This document shows, piece by piece, positions 10,018-20,550 of a stretch of DNA of 64,000 bases. This DNA is from Pseudomonadales bacterium (GTDB lineage Bacteria > Patescibacteriota > Microgenomatia > UBA1400 > PJMF01): assembly GCA_020632265.1 (NCBI GenBank), contig JACKFW010000001.1, positions 663,272 to 727,271 on the forward strand. The letters are read 5' to 3'. The position numbers and the translations under genes are program-made. Numbering within the stretch: position 1 is the first letter of the stretch; each line of letters starts with the position of its first letter. Below the pieces are notes generated by a model that worked only from the letters and a program-made list of their open reading frames with translations, had not been told where the DNA came from and searched no databases.

Positions 10018-10932
10018 TTATTGCTCTTCAATTATTGGGGCATTCCCAGAAGATTTAATCGTTAATTTACCATTTTCAACAGAAATAGTATATATAGGCT
10101 TGCCTTTACTAGAACCAAGAAGTCCTAAGGTTGCTTGGGTATGATCCTCAACAATTTGCTTAAATTGTTCATAAGTAATCAAATTATCTGTTTGAACAAG
10201 ATTTATATATTCAACAATATTTGCTAGTAATTGTTGATCTCGTTTGGAATCATACACAAAAAATTGAACACCTTTTTCTTTATCCCATGGGTAAACAGTC
10301 ACCTCATCACTATCAATAACCAAAATTCCTTTTTCATTATGATCTCTATCCAAATTAACAAATCTCATGTTTTCAGGATGTGAAGCTTGATATTGTTTAA
10401 CAATATTTAACAACTCAAGCACTTGATTAGGATCAAGTTCATATTCGGATGAACTGTTATTAGCGGCATTGCAATGACCACAACCACAAATTGCATCAGA
10501 GTGAGAAGCAACCTCATGGTGATCATTATGAACTTTTTGAACTTCATGATCTAAATTATCTTCAAGATCTCCATCACTCTGTCCATATTTTGGATCAACA
10601 TGCTTATCGCTATGCCAACCATATTTTTGGCCTTCCATAACCCGATAATTGTAAACTGTAAGAAAAGCCTGTTCAGGTGTAAAATTCATTTTGAGCAGTG
10701 CTATTGAAATTCCCAAATCGGCACCAGGCCTCGCTAACTCTCCTTGAGCTTCTTCCTTAGAATAACCTCCATCAACACAAATAGATGATTCACTGGTAGG
10801 AATTGCTAAGTTTTCTTTTACATGAGCAATGACATCTACGGGAACATCCGCCCCTGCTTCAATGTTTCGAGCAAGTTTTATTAAAAATAACTCTTGATTT
10901 GCTGCTAACTTTATAGCCTCTCTTTCATGCAT
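10018..10932 (-). CDS. Hypothetical protein with a His-rich segment and a CGCGHC cysteine cluster (possible metal/Fe-S site)
   Basis: Contains HNDHHEVASHSDAICGCGHCNAA. No family recognised by eye. Confidence 0.45.
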   Translation of the reverse strand: MHEREAIKLAANQELFLIKLARNIEAGADVPVDVIAHVKENLAIPTSESSICVDGGYSKEEAQGELARPGADLGISIALLKMNFTPEQAFLTVYNYRVMEGQKYGWHSDKHVDPKYGQSDGDLEDNLDHEVQKVHNDHHEVASHSDAICGCGHCNAANNSSSEYELDPNQVLELLNIVKQYQASHPENMRFVNLDRDHNEKGILVIDSDEVTVYPWDKEKGVQFFVYDSKRDQQLLANIVEYINLVQTDNLITYEQFKQIVEDHTQATLGLLGSSKGKPIYTISVENGKLTIKSSGNAPIIEEQ

Positions 10933-11136
10933 AAAAAATTTTTTTCTATAAATAAAATTACAAATAAACTCTATTATTTAAACATTTTTATAACTGACCA
11001 AAGTCGGATTCTAAATCATCAATGAAAAAATATAAATATTCAAAAACCACTCACTAAAAACATCAGTAAATTTATGACGCTAATCAAACAGGCTAAAGAC
11101 CACAATATTCTCAAGTGAAATATAAAAATTGGAAAA

Positions 11137-11748
11137 TTATTTTGTCTCTTTTACCCCAATTTTGTTTAAAACCTTAGCATTTTTTTCAGCGATTTTTTCA
11201 CCAAGCTCACCAGCTTTTTCGAATACGAAAGTAAGATCTTTATTCTTTGAAATTTTCTTATAAAACTCAATTTGAGTATTAATAATTTTTTCAGCAACTT
11301 TTTTGGGTACTTTATACAACCACTCGGCGCTAATCAAATAACAACCTAAATTATATGTTTGTTCACCGCCGGCAAGCGTAAAACAAATTTTATTTGCAAC
11401 ATGAATATCATGAGGTCTAACCATATGACCTTTTATTTCATGCTTCAATTTTTTTGGATCCGAAAAAGGCAGAAAGCCTGAATATAGCAAACCTTCTTTA
11501 TCTGCAAGAGATTCAATGTGTTGTTGGGCACTTGCCGTAGTTTGCTCCCAATTGGATAATTCCAGTTTTTCTTTAATCCAGTCGCATTCTTCTGAAGACA
11601 CAATTCTTACATCCTCACCTAGAATAGATTTCAAAGCCTTTACTGCTTGACTAAAATATTCTAATTTTAGACCAGAACCAACAAAACCCAAGCGAATTCC
11701 TTCGTTTATTTGAACACCTTCATCTCCGCAAGTTATAACGTATGCCAT
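11137..11748 (-). CDS. Hypothetical protein
   Basis: Clean 203-aa ORF with coding-like composition. No recognised motif. Confidence 0.45.
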   Translation of the reverse strand: MAYVITCGDEGVQINEGIRLGFVGSGLKLEYFSQAVKALKSILGEDVRIVSSEECDWIKEKLELSNWEQTTASAQQHIESLADKEGLLYSGFLPFSDPKKLKHEIKGHMVRPHDIHVANKICFTLAGGEQTYNLGCYLISAEWLYKVPKKVAEKIINTQIEFYKKISKNKDLTFVFEKAGELGEKIAEKNAKVLNKIGVKETK

Positions 11749-11855
11749 ATCAATATCCTCACTTTTTATTGAACTTATCTGTTTTTATATTCGGTAAATC
11801 TAAGGGTATTATACCACAAAAAGGATAAATTAAGCTCGTGTAGACGGAAAAACTA

Positions 11856-12021
11856 ACTATTCTTTATCAATATCAACCATCGATTGAATTGCAGATAAAT
11901 AGTTGTTCATATCTTGTTCAACTTTTTCCCAATCACCTTCCGCATCTCTAATTGCATTAAATAATAAATCCATATCAATTAGTAGTTGATCATCGGTAAC
12001 AATCATTCTTTGTTTTGCCAT
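11856..12021 (-). CDS. Small acidic protein of about 55 aa (MAKQRMIVTDDQLLIDMDLLFNAIRDAEGDWEKVEQDMNNYLSAIQSMVDIDKE), below the ORF-track size cut-off. Coordinates are approximate.
   Basis: Good RBS AAAGGAAATATG. It is co-oriented with, and upstream of, the 203-aa ORF. Confidence 0.3.
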
Positions 12022-12151
12022 ATTTCCTTTAAATTTAATGTTAAGTTAAACTATTTTTTAACTATTTTTTAACTATTATAGTGTAGCATCTATACTTTTT
12101 ATAATGTCCTCAAAACAATAAATCATTTTAAGGACATTACGTAGTATAGTA

Positions 12152-13270
12152 TTATTTATAACCAACAGGAACTTCTGTTAAGACCAAACTCAAACTCATT
12201 CTTCGATGATCGGGATCTACGCTCTCAACATTAACGGTTATTTTGTCACCTTTTTTAAGAGTATTTTGTGAATCAAGCTTACTTGAATGGATCAAACCAT
12301 CTATTCCTGGTTCAACATTAATAAATGCTCCAAAAGCCTCAATTCTTGAGACAGTACCCTCAACTGTGGTGCCAACTTGGTATTTATCAGCAATAGTCTG
12401 CCAAGGATCACTCGATAACTGTTTAATTGATAAGTTAAGTTTGCCAGTTTTATCATCAATTCCTAAAACTCTAACTTTTATTCTATCTCCAACCGCATTG
12501 AATTCTTTTGGATGAGTAACTTTTTCCCAAGAAATTTCGGAAATATGGACTAAACCTTCAACATGACCCACATTTTTTGATCCTTCGACAGGAATTTCAA
12601 CTGTAATAAATAAACCGAAATGCATTACTCCAGAAACCACACCTTCATATATTTTTCCTACTTCAACAGCTTCCAATGCTTGACTTTTCTGAGCAATTTC
12701 TCTAGCTTCTGAAACATGTCTTTCGGAAAAAATTAGTCTATTTTTTTCACGATCTACTTCGATTACTTTGACCTTAATTGTTTCACCTTTTAATTGTAAA
12801 AAATTACCAACAAGATCTTTTCCGAATTGACTTGAAGGGACAAAACCTCTTGTTCCATTAACCAAGACAATTAAACCACCTTTGTTTACTTCTAAACCTT
12901 TTGCATCTAAAACCTCTTCTTTTTCAAATGCATCAATAAAATAATCCCATTTAGAATCGTTCGCAGCTTTCTTTAAAGACAATAATACTTGTCCTCTGTC
13001 GTTTTCTACAGAAAATACAGTAGCTTCTAAATTCTGGCCAACTTTCAGTTCGGAAACATATTCTTTGGCATTTTCAAATTCCTTGTCCGACACAACTCCT
13101 TCGGTCTTAGCTCCAATATCCAAAATTAATGACTTTTTGCCAATAGAGGTAATTACACCTGTAACAACAGCTCCTTTCTTTGGAATAACCATTTTGTGAT
13201 CAGCGTTAGCCAACAACTCAGCCATGGTTTTTGGCTTCTTATTAGTTTTATCATTCTTATCAGACGACAT
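12152..13270 (-). CDS. rpsA: 30S ribosomal protein S1
   Basis: Four S1-domain repeats (e.g. GAVVTGVITSIGKKSLILDIG, GKIYEGVVSGVMHFGLFITV, GTTVEGTVSRIEAFGAFINV). Start set at MSSDKND rather than the long upstream extension. Confidence 0.85.
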   Translation of the reverse strand: MSSDKNDKTNKKPKTMAELLANADHKMVIPKKGAVVTGVITSIGKKSLILDIGAKTEGVVSDKEFENAKEYVSELKVGQNLEATVFSVENDRGQVLLSLKKAANDSKWDYFIDAFEKEEVLDAKGLEVNKGGLIVLVNGTRGFVPSSQFGKDLVGNFLQLKGETIKVKVIEVDREKNRLIFSERHVSEAREIAQKSQALEAVEVGKIYEGVVSGVMHFGLFITVEIPVEGSKNVGHVEGLVHISEISWEKVTHPKEFNAVGDRIKVRVLGIDDKTGKLNLSIKQLSSDPWQTIADKYQVGTTVEGTVSRIEAFGAFINVEPGIDGLIHSSKLDSQNTLKKGDKITVNVESVDPDHRRMSLSLVLTEVPVGYK

Positions 13271-13374
13271 AAAAAATAAATTCCCCTTTCTTAAAGTGTT
13301 GAGAAGTATACCACACTTGACTAAAATTTTGTTAGCATGTTTATTTTGCAATTTGTAAGTAACTATTTAATTGT

Positions 13375-14736
13375 ATGAATAAGTATGATAATTTGGAAAA
13401 TATGAAGTTAAAATTACCAAAAATTTCAGACATCGCCAACAAGGTTGTTTTTGTAAGAGTCGACTACAATGTGCCATTAAAAAAGGTCGGAAATAAAATA
13501 GTAGTTGTTGATGATGAAAGAATTAAAGCCTCTCTAGAGACAATTAGTTTTCTCCTAGAAAATAATGCGACCGTTGTTTTGGCCTCACACCTAGGAAGAC
13601 CGAAATCAAGTCATGATATGCATTTTAGCCTTCAACCGATTGCAGACTATATGAATGGATCACTTAATATTCCTATCAAATTTGTCAAAACATGTATTGG
13701 AAAGGAAGTAGAAGAAGCTATAATTCAAGCTAAAAACAAGATTACAACAAGTAATGAGACCACTGTCAATAAAGCTCATAATGACAACTCTATTCAACCA
13801 AGCATTTTCCTTTTAGAAAATTTACGATTTCATAAAGAAGAAGAAGAAAATGACCTAGAATTTTCCAAAAAATTAGCATCTCACATGGACGTCTATATTA
13901 ATGAAGCATTTTCAACCACCCATAGAGCCCATGCCTCGATTGTTGGAATCACAAAGTTTTTACCTGCTTTCGCAGGTTTTGCACTTGAAAAAGAAGTAAA
14001 CACTTTTGCAAAAATGATGAGCAACCCAAAAAGACCACTTATTATTGTTCTTGGCGGAGCTAAAATTTCTGATAAAGTAGGGGCAATTGAACATCTGGCC
14101 AATATTGCAGATATCGTATTAGTTGGAGGAGCTGTAGCCAATAGTTTTCTTAAAGCTGATGGTCACGAAACATTTAAATCATATATAGAAGATGTTCCTG
14201 CTGATTTAAAAAAGAAAAATATTGATTATGTGGATGTTGCTTGTTCTCTAATTGAAGAACATAGAACCGAAAAAATGTTGATGAATGGATATATTCCAAT
14301 GCCAAAAATATTACATCCAATCGATGTAATAGCAGCTTATTCTCTAGAAGAAAAAGATCCCGAAAAAACTTTTATAATAGATTTGACAAAAGAAAGTGAT
14401 TTTAAGAAAAGTGAAAAATTATTTTATTTAGACATTGGACCTAAAACCATCAAGCTTTACCAAGAAATACTGGGTCATTCTAAAACAATATTTTGGAACG
14501 GACCTATGGGAGTTTGGGAAAATCCAATATTTTCTAGAGGTACCAAAAGAATTGCATCAACAATTGCAATGTCTGAAGCTGAAACAATTATTGGTGGTGG
14601 AGATACAATCGGAGCAATAAATCATTTTGGTTTGGAAAAACAATTTAATTACATTTCAGCTGCGGGAGGAGCAGCACTTGACCTTTTAAGTGGAAAAATG
14701 TTGCCAGGAATAAAACCAATTTTGGAAGAAAAATAA
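13375..14736 (+). CDS. pgk: Phosphoglycerate kinase (453 aa, with lineage-specific insertions)
   Basis: N-terminal VFVRVDYNVPL, and GGAKISDKVG, VLVGGAVANSFL, GPMGVWENP, IIGGGDT motifs. Confidence 0.9.
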   Translation: MNKYDNLENMKLKLPKISDIANKVVFVRVDYNVPLKKVGNKIVVVDDERIKASLETISFLLENNATVVLASHLGRPKSSHDMHFSLQPIADYMNGSLNIPIKFVKTCIGKEVEEAIIQAKNKITTSNETTVNKAHNDNSIQPSIFLLENLRFHKEEEENDLEFSKKLASHMDVYINEAFSTTHRAHASIVGITKFLPAFAGFALEKEVNTFAKMMSNPKRPLIIVLGGAKISDKVGAIEHLANIADIVLVGGAVANSFLKADGHETFKSYIEDVPADLKKKNIDYVDVACSLIEEHRTEKMLMNGYIPMPKILHPIDVIAAYSLEEKDPEKTFIIDLTKESDFKKSEKLFYLDIGPKTIKLYQEILGHSKTIFWNGPMGVWENPIFSRGTKRIASTIAMSEAETIIGGGDTIGAINHFGLEKQFNYISAAGGAALDLLSGKMLPGIKPILEEK

Positions 14737-14876
14737 ATTTACTCAAATTCCGTATTGACTTGATATAAGAATTATCTGTATTCTGTTAGTAGCAAGAGTA
14801 TTTTTTTGTAGTACTTTTGTTAAGATTTCTTTTGTAACCTGCAGTCAAAATTATAGAAAAGATTTATAAAATAAAA

Positions 14877-16433
14877 ATGATCAACGCAACATTAAATAAT
14901 TCAAGCGATCAAAACTCAATCAATACTCTTTCTCAAAACAAGCTAAGTAACGAGGACGCTTCTAATAATAGTAATAATAGCTCTGCACCAATGACTCAGT
15001 CTAAAGTTGATAATTCTGGTTCGCCATTTCTTTCGAACAGTTCTAAAACAAGCTCAATAAATTCTAATCCAAATTCAAATACATATAAATCTGATTCTAA
15101 CAACTCTGGCACAAGTTCTGACAATTCTAATCCAAGTTCTAATGGCCATAAATCAAAGAAAAGATTTGATATTAAAATGATTGCGGCCGCATTTGTATTG
15201 TTACTAATAGTCATCGGGTCGGGAGCTGGCTATTATCTTTCACAGAAAACCCAAGATCTTAGACAACAAGCATATACGGGCCAAACATGTACTTCTTCAA
15301 CTCAGTGTACAGGCTACCCAAATGAAGCTTGCGTTAATAATGTTTGTGTACCTTCGGCACCACCGGCCGGTGGCACATGTCCAAACCCACCACACCTACC
15401 AGCAATTTGGTGTGCAACCTTCGATTGTCCATACGGTGATACTACTGGTGATGGACAATGTAATTACGACGATACTGGCTCAAGTCACACTTACGGCAAC
15501 GGAACAAATTGTCCAAACCCACCTTCTGGTTGTGGTCAAGTAGACATTTATTCAGCACCTCCGGTTGGAGCTAATTGGCAGTCATTTTGTGGAGTTACAT
15601 TTCTAAATTTCGATGATTGTGACCAGGTTCCAACACCTACACCTACACCAACGCCAACACCTACACCTACACCAACGCCAACACCTACGCCAACACCTAC
15701 ACCAACACCTACACCAACCCCAACACCAACACCTACACCAACACCTACGCCAACACCTACGCCAACCCCAAGCGTACTGGCATGTAATTCAATCTGCATT
15801 GTCTCCTCTGGAATTGATCCTTGCACTCGAGTAAATCCATCTTGGTATTGTAGTTTCATAGAAGGAACAACAGAACGAAGATGTAGACTTAGAACAAATC
15901 CAACTTCAATTAATTGCAGTCCAACTATCACGCCACCACCTACCACACCACCACCGGGAGTTTTATCCTGTAACTCACCATGTAATGAGCCGTCAGGATC
16001 AGACGAAGATCGATGTACCCTCGCAAATCCGGCATGGTTCTGCTTCTTGCCTGGAGATGGATCTCAAGGAAGATGTAGATTAAAAACAAATCCTGGCTCC
16101 ACAAAATGTGAGCCAGCAGCAGAGCCAATGTGCAAAGACTTAGCAATTCTTGATAAAGATGGCAATGTCTTAAATCCTAACAGCACTACATTTAAAATTG
16201 GCATGATTCTTAAATTCAGGTGTGCAGCAGACGATCCAGCTAATCAAATTACTCGTTATGAATTCAAACTAACAGAGCCAGACGGAACTATTATTGAAGG
16301 ATCTAAAATCAATCCTGCTGGTTCATCAACAATCTCATTAGAATATCAAATTGATCAATATCTCAATTACCAAGTTCAATGCAGAGCCTGTATTGGATCA
16401 ATATGTCAACCATATAAATCAATAGTTAATTAG
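14877..16433 (+). CDS. Type II membrane-anchored Cys-rich surface protein. N-terminal S/N-rich tail, one TM, a (PT)n linker, then 2 copies of a Cys-module of about 45 aa. No LPXTG.
   Basis: [23 protein letters not shown]. Juxtamembrane [33 protein letters not shown] is shared with the 18753 gene. A run of (PT)n follows. Modules are [47 protein letters not shown] and [49 protein letters not shown]. Confidence 0.6.
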   Translation: MINATLNNSSDQNSINTLSQNKLSNEDASNNSNNSSAPMTQSKVDNSGSPFLSNSSKTSSINSNPNSNTYKSDSNNSGTSSDNSNPSSNGHKSKKRFDIKMIAAAFVLLLIVIGSGAGYYLSQKTQDLRQQAYTGQTCTSSTQCTGYPNEACVNNVCVPSAPPAGGTCPNPPHLPAIWCATFDCPYGDTTGDGQCNYDDTGSSHTYGNGTNCPNPPSGCGQVDIYSAPPVGANWQSFCGVTFLNFDDCDQVPTPTPTPTPTPTPTPTPTPTPTPTPTPTPTPTPTPTPTPTPTPTPTPSVLACNSICIVSSGIDPCTRVNPSWYCSFIEGTTERRCRLRTNPTSINCSPTITPPPTTPPPGVLSCNSPCNEPSGSDEDRCTLANPAWFCFLPGDGSQGRCRLKTNPGSTKCEPAAEPMCKDLAILDKDGNVLNPNSTTFKIGMILKFRCAADDPANQITRYEFKLTEPDGTIIEGSKINPAGSSTISLEYQIDQYLNYQVQCRACIGSICQPYKSIVN

Positions 16434-16451
16434 AAAAATACAAAAATAACA

Positions 16452-18503
16452 ATGGAAAATACCAACTCACAACCACAAGCTTTCTACACGAAAATGCCTA
16501 ATGTTGTAAATTCTATGCAAGACAGTGTTTTGCCATCCAATAATAATTCATCAAAAAATCCACCAAAAAAGGGACTAAAAAATGTAATGGCGGTAATTGG
16601 GTTACTAGTATTTGTTGTCATTGCGCTCACTGGCGTGTTTATCGCACAAAAACAAGTTTCCAAAATTGGTGAAGACACAAAACCTGTGTCTCCTACTGCT
16701 CCTGAATCCAAACCTCAAGCAGCAATTGACACTAATAATTATTGCTCTACTCAATTTTTTGTACCAAAAGGAAGTGCTGCTTGTGACACAAAAATTGCAT
16801 TAACCGATTTTACAAAAAAATCCGGCAAAGTTATTCCTGAACAAACAATCTTCAATGTTGGAGACACCTTTGTTTTCAAAATTACTGCATCGGCAACAGA
16901 CGACACTATTGGTGGAGTTAAAATTACCGATACATTGCCAACTTCATTAGAGTTCATTAACGATCCAAACAATACAGCTGGAATTATCAATGAAGGACAA
17001 ACTATAATTGCCAATCTTGTGGACATGAAAAAAGGAGATAAAAAAGAAATTGAATTTAAAGTCAAAGTTGTATCTGGAGTCGGAATCTCTACAAGTGATG
17101 GAACTCAAGTAAACCTAGCCACGGTTATAACCAATGAAGACAATAAAACCAAATCATCTTGTTCATATAAATTTAAAACAATTGAAGGAACTGCCGAATG
17201 TATATCTAAAGAAATGTTTGACGGTGACCCTGCAAACCGAAACTCAAAAATTGTACCTGAAGGAAGTGCTCTCGTTAGAGGCGAAGAATATGTGTACTAC
17301 ATTACAATTAATGCAAAAAATAAAACAAATGGTGAAGTCAAACTGCATGATGTTCTACCTTCAAATCTTGAATTTGTAAGGCCTTTGCCTGCCAGTGCTA
17401 AATTCATCTCAAATAAAGCTGGTGAAAATACAATATTCGTAAATTTTGGAACTCTGGAAAATGAAAAAGTAACTTTAGGATTTGTTGTTAAAGTTGTAGA
17501 CAATCCTACAATTGGTAAATTCAACAATTCAGCGCTAGTTTATATTTTCCCACCATTCTCAAGACAACCAGAACCACCTAAAGACGGTAGTTTCTGCAGT
17601 GTCTCGCACTCTATTATTCCAGTGGGCACAGCACAGTGTTTGGAAAAAGAAGCCTTCACAGATTTTTCCGGAAGTGAAATATTGGCAAATGATACCATCA
17701 AAGCTGGCCAAGAATTTGTCTATAAGGTTTCTATACAAGCAGAAAACGTCACTGATGGAGACGTTGTTATAGTAGACCAGTTATCTTCGAACCTAATATT
17801 CGTTGATGATCCAAAAAACACCGCAGGCATTAAATACGATTCAAATACTCGAAAAGTATCAATCAACTTCGGACCAATAGTCAATGATGAGGTTAGAACC
17901 ATTCAATTCAAAGTCCAAGTAATTGCCAATCCTTCAGGTGACATGATTACAAATATTGCAACTGTTACAACAAATAATCAATCGTCTCATACTTGTGAAT
18001 TGCCATTAAAACTATACGTTGATCAAACTTATGCTTGCAACGAAGAATGTCAAACCAATGAAAACTGCCAAACAGCTAACGATGATTATATTTGTTACAG
18101 TTCTTCAAACGGCAAAGTATGTAGATTGGATAGCAATCCTCTTGACACCGGCTGCAATCCTACCAACACACCTACACCAACACCTACACCAACACCTACA
18201 CCAACACCAACCACTTCTTCTGCACCTGAACCTGGATGTAATGATCTTTGCACCAGTAATGCAAGTTGTATTAATTCAAATCACGTTTGTCTCACTACTG
18301 CTGATGGATCAAATAGATGCAGATTGGAATCGAATCCTGATTCTATAACCTGTTCTAATCCTGTAGAATATGTTGCAAACGCACCAACTCAACCACAGCT
18401 ACCTACTGAATTACCACAAACTGGACCTGAAGATTGGCTAAATTGGTTCAAAGCTGGGTTAGTTACCTTAGGAGTCGCAACCGCCCTCTTCTTACTGCTC
18501 TAA
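16452..18503 (+). CDS. LPXTG-anchored surface protein with three DUF11 (conserved repeat domain) repeats, two Cys-modules and a (PT)n linker
   Basis: N-terminal TM/signal MAVIGLLVFVVIALTGVFIA. DUF11-like blocks ITDTLPTSLEFINDP, LHDVLPSNLEFVRP and IVDQLSSNLIFVDDP. Linker [18 protein letters not shown]-terminal LPQTGPEDWLNWFKAGLVTLGVATALFLLL. Confidence 0.65.
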   Translation: MENTNSQPQAFYTKMPNVVNSMQDSVLPSNNNSSKNPPKKGLKNVMAVIGLLVFVVIALTGVFIAQKQVSKIGEDTKPVSPTAPESKPQAAIDTNNYCSTQFFVPKGSAACDTKIALTDFTKKSGKVIPEQTIFNVGDTFVFKITASATDDTIGGVKITDTLPTSLEFINDPNNTAGIINEGQTIIANLVDMKKGDKKEIEFKVKVVSGVGISTSDGTQVNLATVITNEDNKTKSSCSYKFKTIEGTAECISKEMFDGDPANRNSKIVPEGSALVRGEEYVYYITINAKNKTNGEVKLHDVLPSNLEFVRPLPASAKFISNKAGENTIFVNFGTLENEKVTLGFVVKVVDNPTIGKFNNSALVYIFPPFSRQPEPPKDGSFCSVSHSIIPVGTAQCLEKEAFTDFSGSEILANDTIKAGQEFVYKVSIQAENVTDGDVVIVDQLSSNLIFVDDPKNTAGIKYDSNTRKVSINFGPIVNDEVRTIQFKVQVIANPSGDMITNIATVTTNNQSSHTCELPLKLYVDQTYACNEECQTNENCQTANDDYICYSSSNGKVCRLDSNPLDTGCNPTNTPTPTPTPTPTPTPTTSSAPEPGCNDLCTSNASCINSNHVCLTTADGSNRCRLESNPDSITCSNPVEYVANAPTQPQLPTELPQTGPEDWLNWFKAGLVTLGVATALFLLL

Positions 18504-18752
18504 TAATTTTCTAACAACTCTAATATCTGGCTTACTGGCTTACTGTTTTGCTATCTTATTCTATTAGTATTCTTACTACCTTGGTATTTTTAATTACTCT
18601 AATTAGCTTAAACGCGATTCCAGTATCATTAACTGACAAAATTCATTCGTTAAAAATTTTTAGAGTATTTTCTTATTGACTAAGGGGGTCAAATATATGT
18701 ATTCTATTAGTGAGCATATTTTTATGTTCCAATTATTCTCAATAAAAATTAT

Positions 18753-20483
18753 TTGAATGTTGAGAATATGGGTTTGTCATTCAAGGAAAATATTATGATT
18801 AATGTATCGATGGGAAATCCCTCACAAACTGTTTCTACCGGAACAAATCCATCTTTTCCTACCCATAATCCAGCATCTCAAAATTTATCACTAATGAATA
18901 ATGTTGTTGCTCAAGGAAATGTTAGTACTTCTCCAGCATCTACTAGTTTTCCAAATCAGAATACTAGTGCTCCAAGATCTACTCTTGATTCAGTTTCACC
19001 AAAATTTCCCGATCCAACTAACCCTCAAAATAAAAACAGTGGTTCTGCTCCAATTTCTGACAATTTTAAACCAAAAAATAAACTAAACCTCAAGATGGTT
19101 CTTGGAATAGTCGTATTATTATTAATTGTTTTAGGATCTGGATCTGGATTCTATCTGTCACAAAAAACTCAAGACCTTAGACAACAGGCATACAATGGAC
19201 AATCTTGTAGTACCTCAACTCAGTGTTCTGGATACCCAAACGAAACCTGTTTTGGCGGTGTGTGCGTGCCTTCGGCACCACCACCAGCTACGACACCACC
19301 ACCTCCAGCCACACCTCCTGGAAGCACACCACCACCAGCTACAACGCCACCTCCAACCATACCTCCTGGGGGCACACCACCACCTGCTACGACACCACCA
19401 CCTGCTACGACACCACCACCTGCTACGACACCACCACCCGCAATTTCGCCATCACCTCCAGTAATTACACCTCCTCCAACTACGCTTTCATGTAATTCAA
19501 TCTGTGTTGTTACATCTGGCGTTGATCCTTGCTATCAAGTTGATCCAAAACTATACTGTAGTTTTATTGAAGGTTCCACTGAGCGCAGATGTAGATTAAA
19601 AACAAATCCTACTTCAGTAACTTGTAGTCCTGCAACACCACCGCCAGCTACAACGCCACCTCCAACAACGCTTTCATGCAACTCAATTTGCACTCCATCA
19701 ACTGGTTCTGGAGAAGATCCTTGTACCCTAGTTAATAGAGCTTGGTCTTGTTACACACTCGTTGACCAAGATCAAAGTAGATGCAGATTAACAAGCAATC
19801 CAACTTCTATTTCCTGTAGTCCTTCAGTCACACCAACACCAACGCCATCATTTTCGCCTACACCAACCCCCACATCTAAAACTTCACCTACGCCAACACC
19901 AATTCCTCTAACTTGTAATGCAAGTTGTACGCCAGGATTAGGAAAAAGTGACCTTTGTACTGCAGCTAATAGTAATTGGTTCTGTGATCCGGCTACCAAC
20001 AAATGTAGATACGAAACAAATCCGTCTTCAACCACATGTGAAGCTCCAGTTGGATCAGTGGCATGCAATCAAACTTGCACTTCAGATCAACAGTGCTACA
20101 ACACTAATAAAAACTGGCTTTGTGACTCTTCAAGCAAAACTTGTAGGTTATCATCCAATATAAGCTCTATCACATGCCAACCGTTGCCTACGGCAACTCC
20201 TACTCCAACACCATACTCAGAAGTAGGATGTAATGACTCATGTTATACAAACTCAGATTGTTCAAATAGCAGTCACATCTGTGTTACAACCTCTGATGGA
20301 TCGAATCGATGTCGATTAGAATCATATACAGACTCAGTAACTTGTACTATTCCTGGAAGTTCAACCTCACAACCAACTCTCCCAACTTCCTTACCAGAAA
20401 CTGGACCTGAAGATTGGCTAAATTGGTTGAAAGCTGGATTAATAACGCTTGGAATTGGCACAGCTCTTTTCCTACTTCTTTAA
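18753..20483 (+). CDS. LPXTG-anchored Cys-rich surface protein. N-terminal low-complexity tail, one TM, PPATTPPP repeats, then 5 to 6 Cys-modules.
   Basis: [35 protein letters not shown]. Five to six modules ending ...RCRL(K/T)(T/S)NP(T/S)S(V/I)(T/S)C. C-terminal LPETGPEDWLNWLKAGLITLGIGTALFLLL. Confidence 0.6.
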   Translation: MNVENMGLSFKENIMINVSMGNPSQTVSTGTNPSFPTHNPASQNLSLMNNVVAQGNVSTSPASTSFPNQNTSAPRSTLDSVSPKFPDPTNPQNKNSGSAPISDNFKPKNKLNLKMVLGIVVLLLIVLGSGSGFYLSQKTQDLRQQAYNGQSCSTSTQCSGYPNETCFGGVCVPSAPPPATTPPPPATPPGSTPPPATTPPPTIPPGGTPPPATTPPPATTPPPATTPPPAISPSPPVITPPPTTLSCNSICVVTSGVDPCYQVDPKLYCSFIEGSTERRCRLKTNPTSVTCSPATPPPATTPPPTTLSCNSICTPSTGSGEDPCTLVNRAWSCYTLVDQDQSRCRLTSNPTSISCSPSVTPTPTPSFSPTPTPTSKTSPTPTPIPLTCNASCTPGLGKSDLCTAANSNWFCDPATNKCRYETNPSSTTCEAPVGSVACNQTCTSDQQCYNTNKNWLCDSSSKTCRLSSNISSITCQPLPTATPTPTPYSEVGCNDSCYTNSDCSNSSHICVTTSDGSNRCRLESYTDSVTCTIPGSSTSQPTLPTSLPETGPEDWLNWLKAGLITLGIGTALFLLL

Positions 20484-20518
20484 ATGATCGGTAAAATAAA
20501 TTTAGAAATATAAAATTA

Positions 20519-20546
20519 AAAAAACGCCACAAAAGGCGTTTTTTTA
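20519..20546. terminator. Bidirectional rho-independent terminator
   Basis: AACGCC-ACAAAA-GGCGTT hairpin flanked by A-run and T-run (aaaaacgccacaaaaggcgttttttt), lying between the convergent surface-protein gene and the tRNA. Confidence 0.7.
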
Positions 20547-20550
20547 AAAA

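Noticed and set aside
12243-12515. Plus-strand ORFs 12243-12515 and 13893-14141 antisense to rpsA and pgk
   Set aside because: They are embedded antisense within genes whose products are clearly conserved (S1 domains, PGK motifs). No independent signals.
15548-15946. Antisense ORFs over the (PT)n-coding repeat (15548-15946(-) with (GV)n, 15613-15834(+), 14996-15214(-), 15322-15543(+), 15940-16146(-))
   Set aside because: They are artefacts of the perfect ccaacacctaca tandem repeat and the Cys-rich coding region of the surface protein. The + strand frame encodes a coherent modular protein with TM and repeated Cys modules.
15628-19460. Short tandem DNA repeats (15628-15772, 18165-18218, 19262-19460) considered as a possible CRISPR array or other non-coding repeat
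   Set aside because: No spacer-like unique sequences between units. Units are 6-24 nt and sit in frame within long ORFs encoding PT or PPATT linkers. There are no cas genes nearby.
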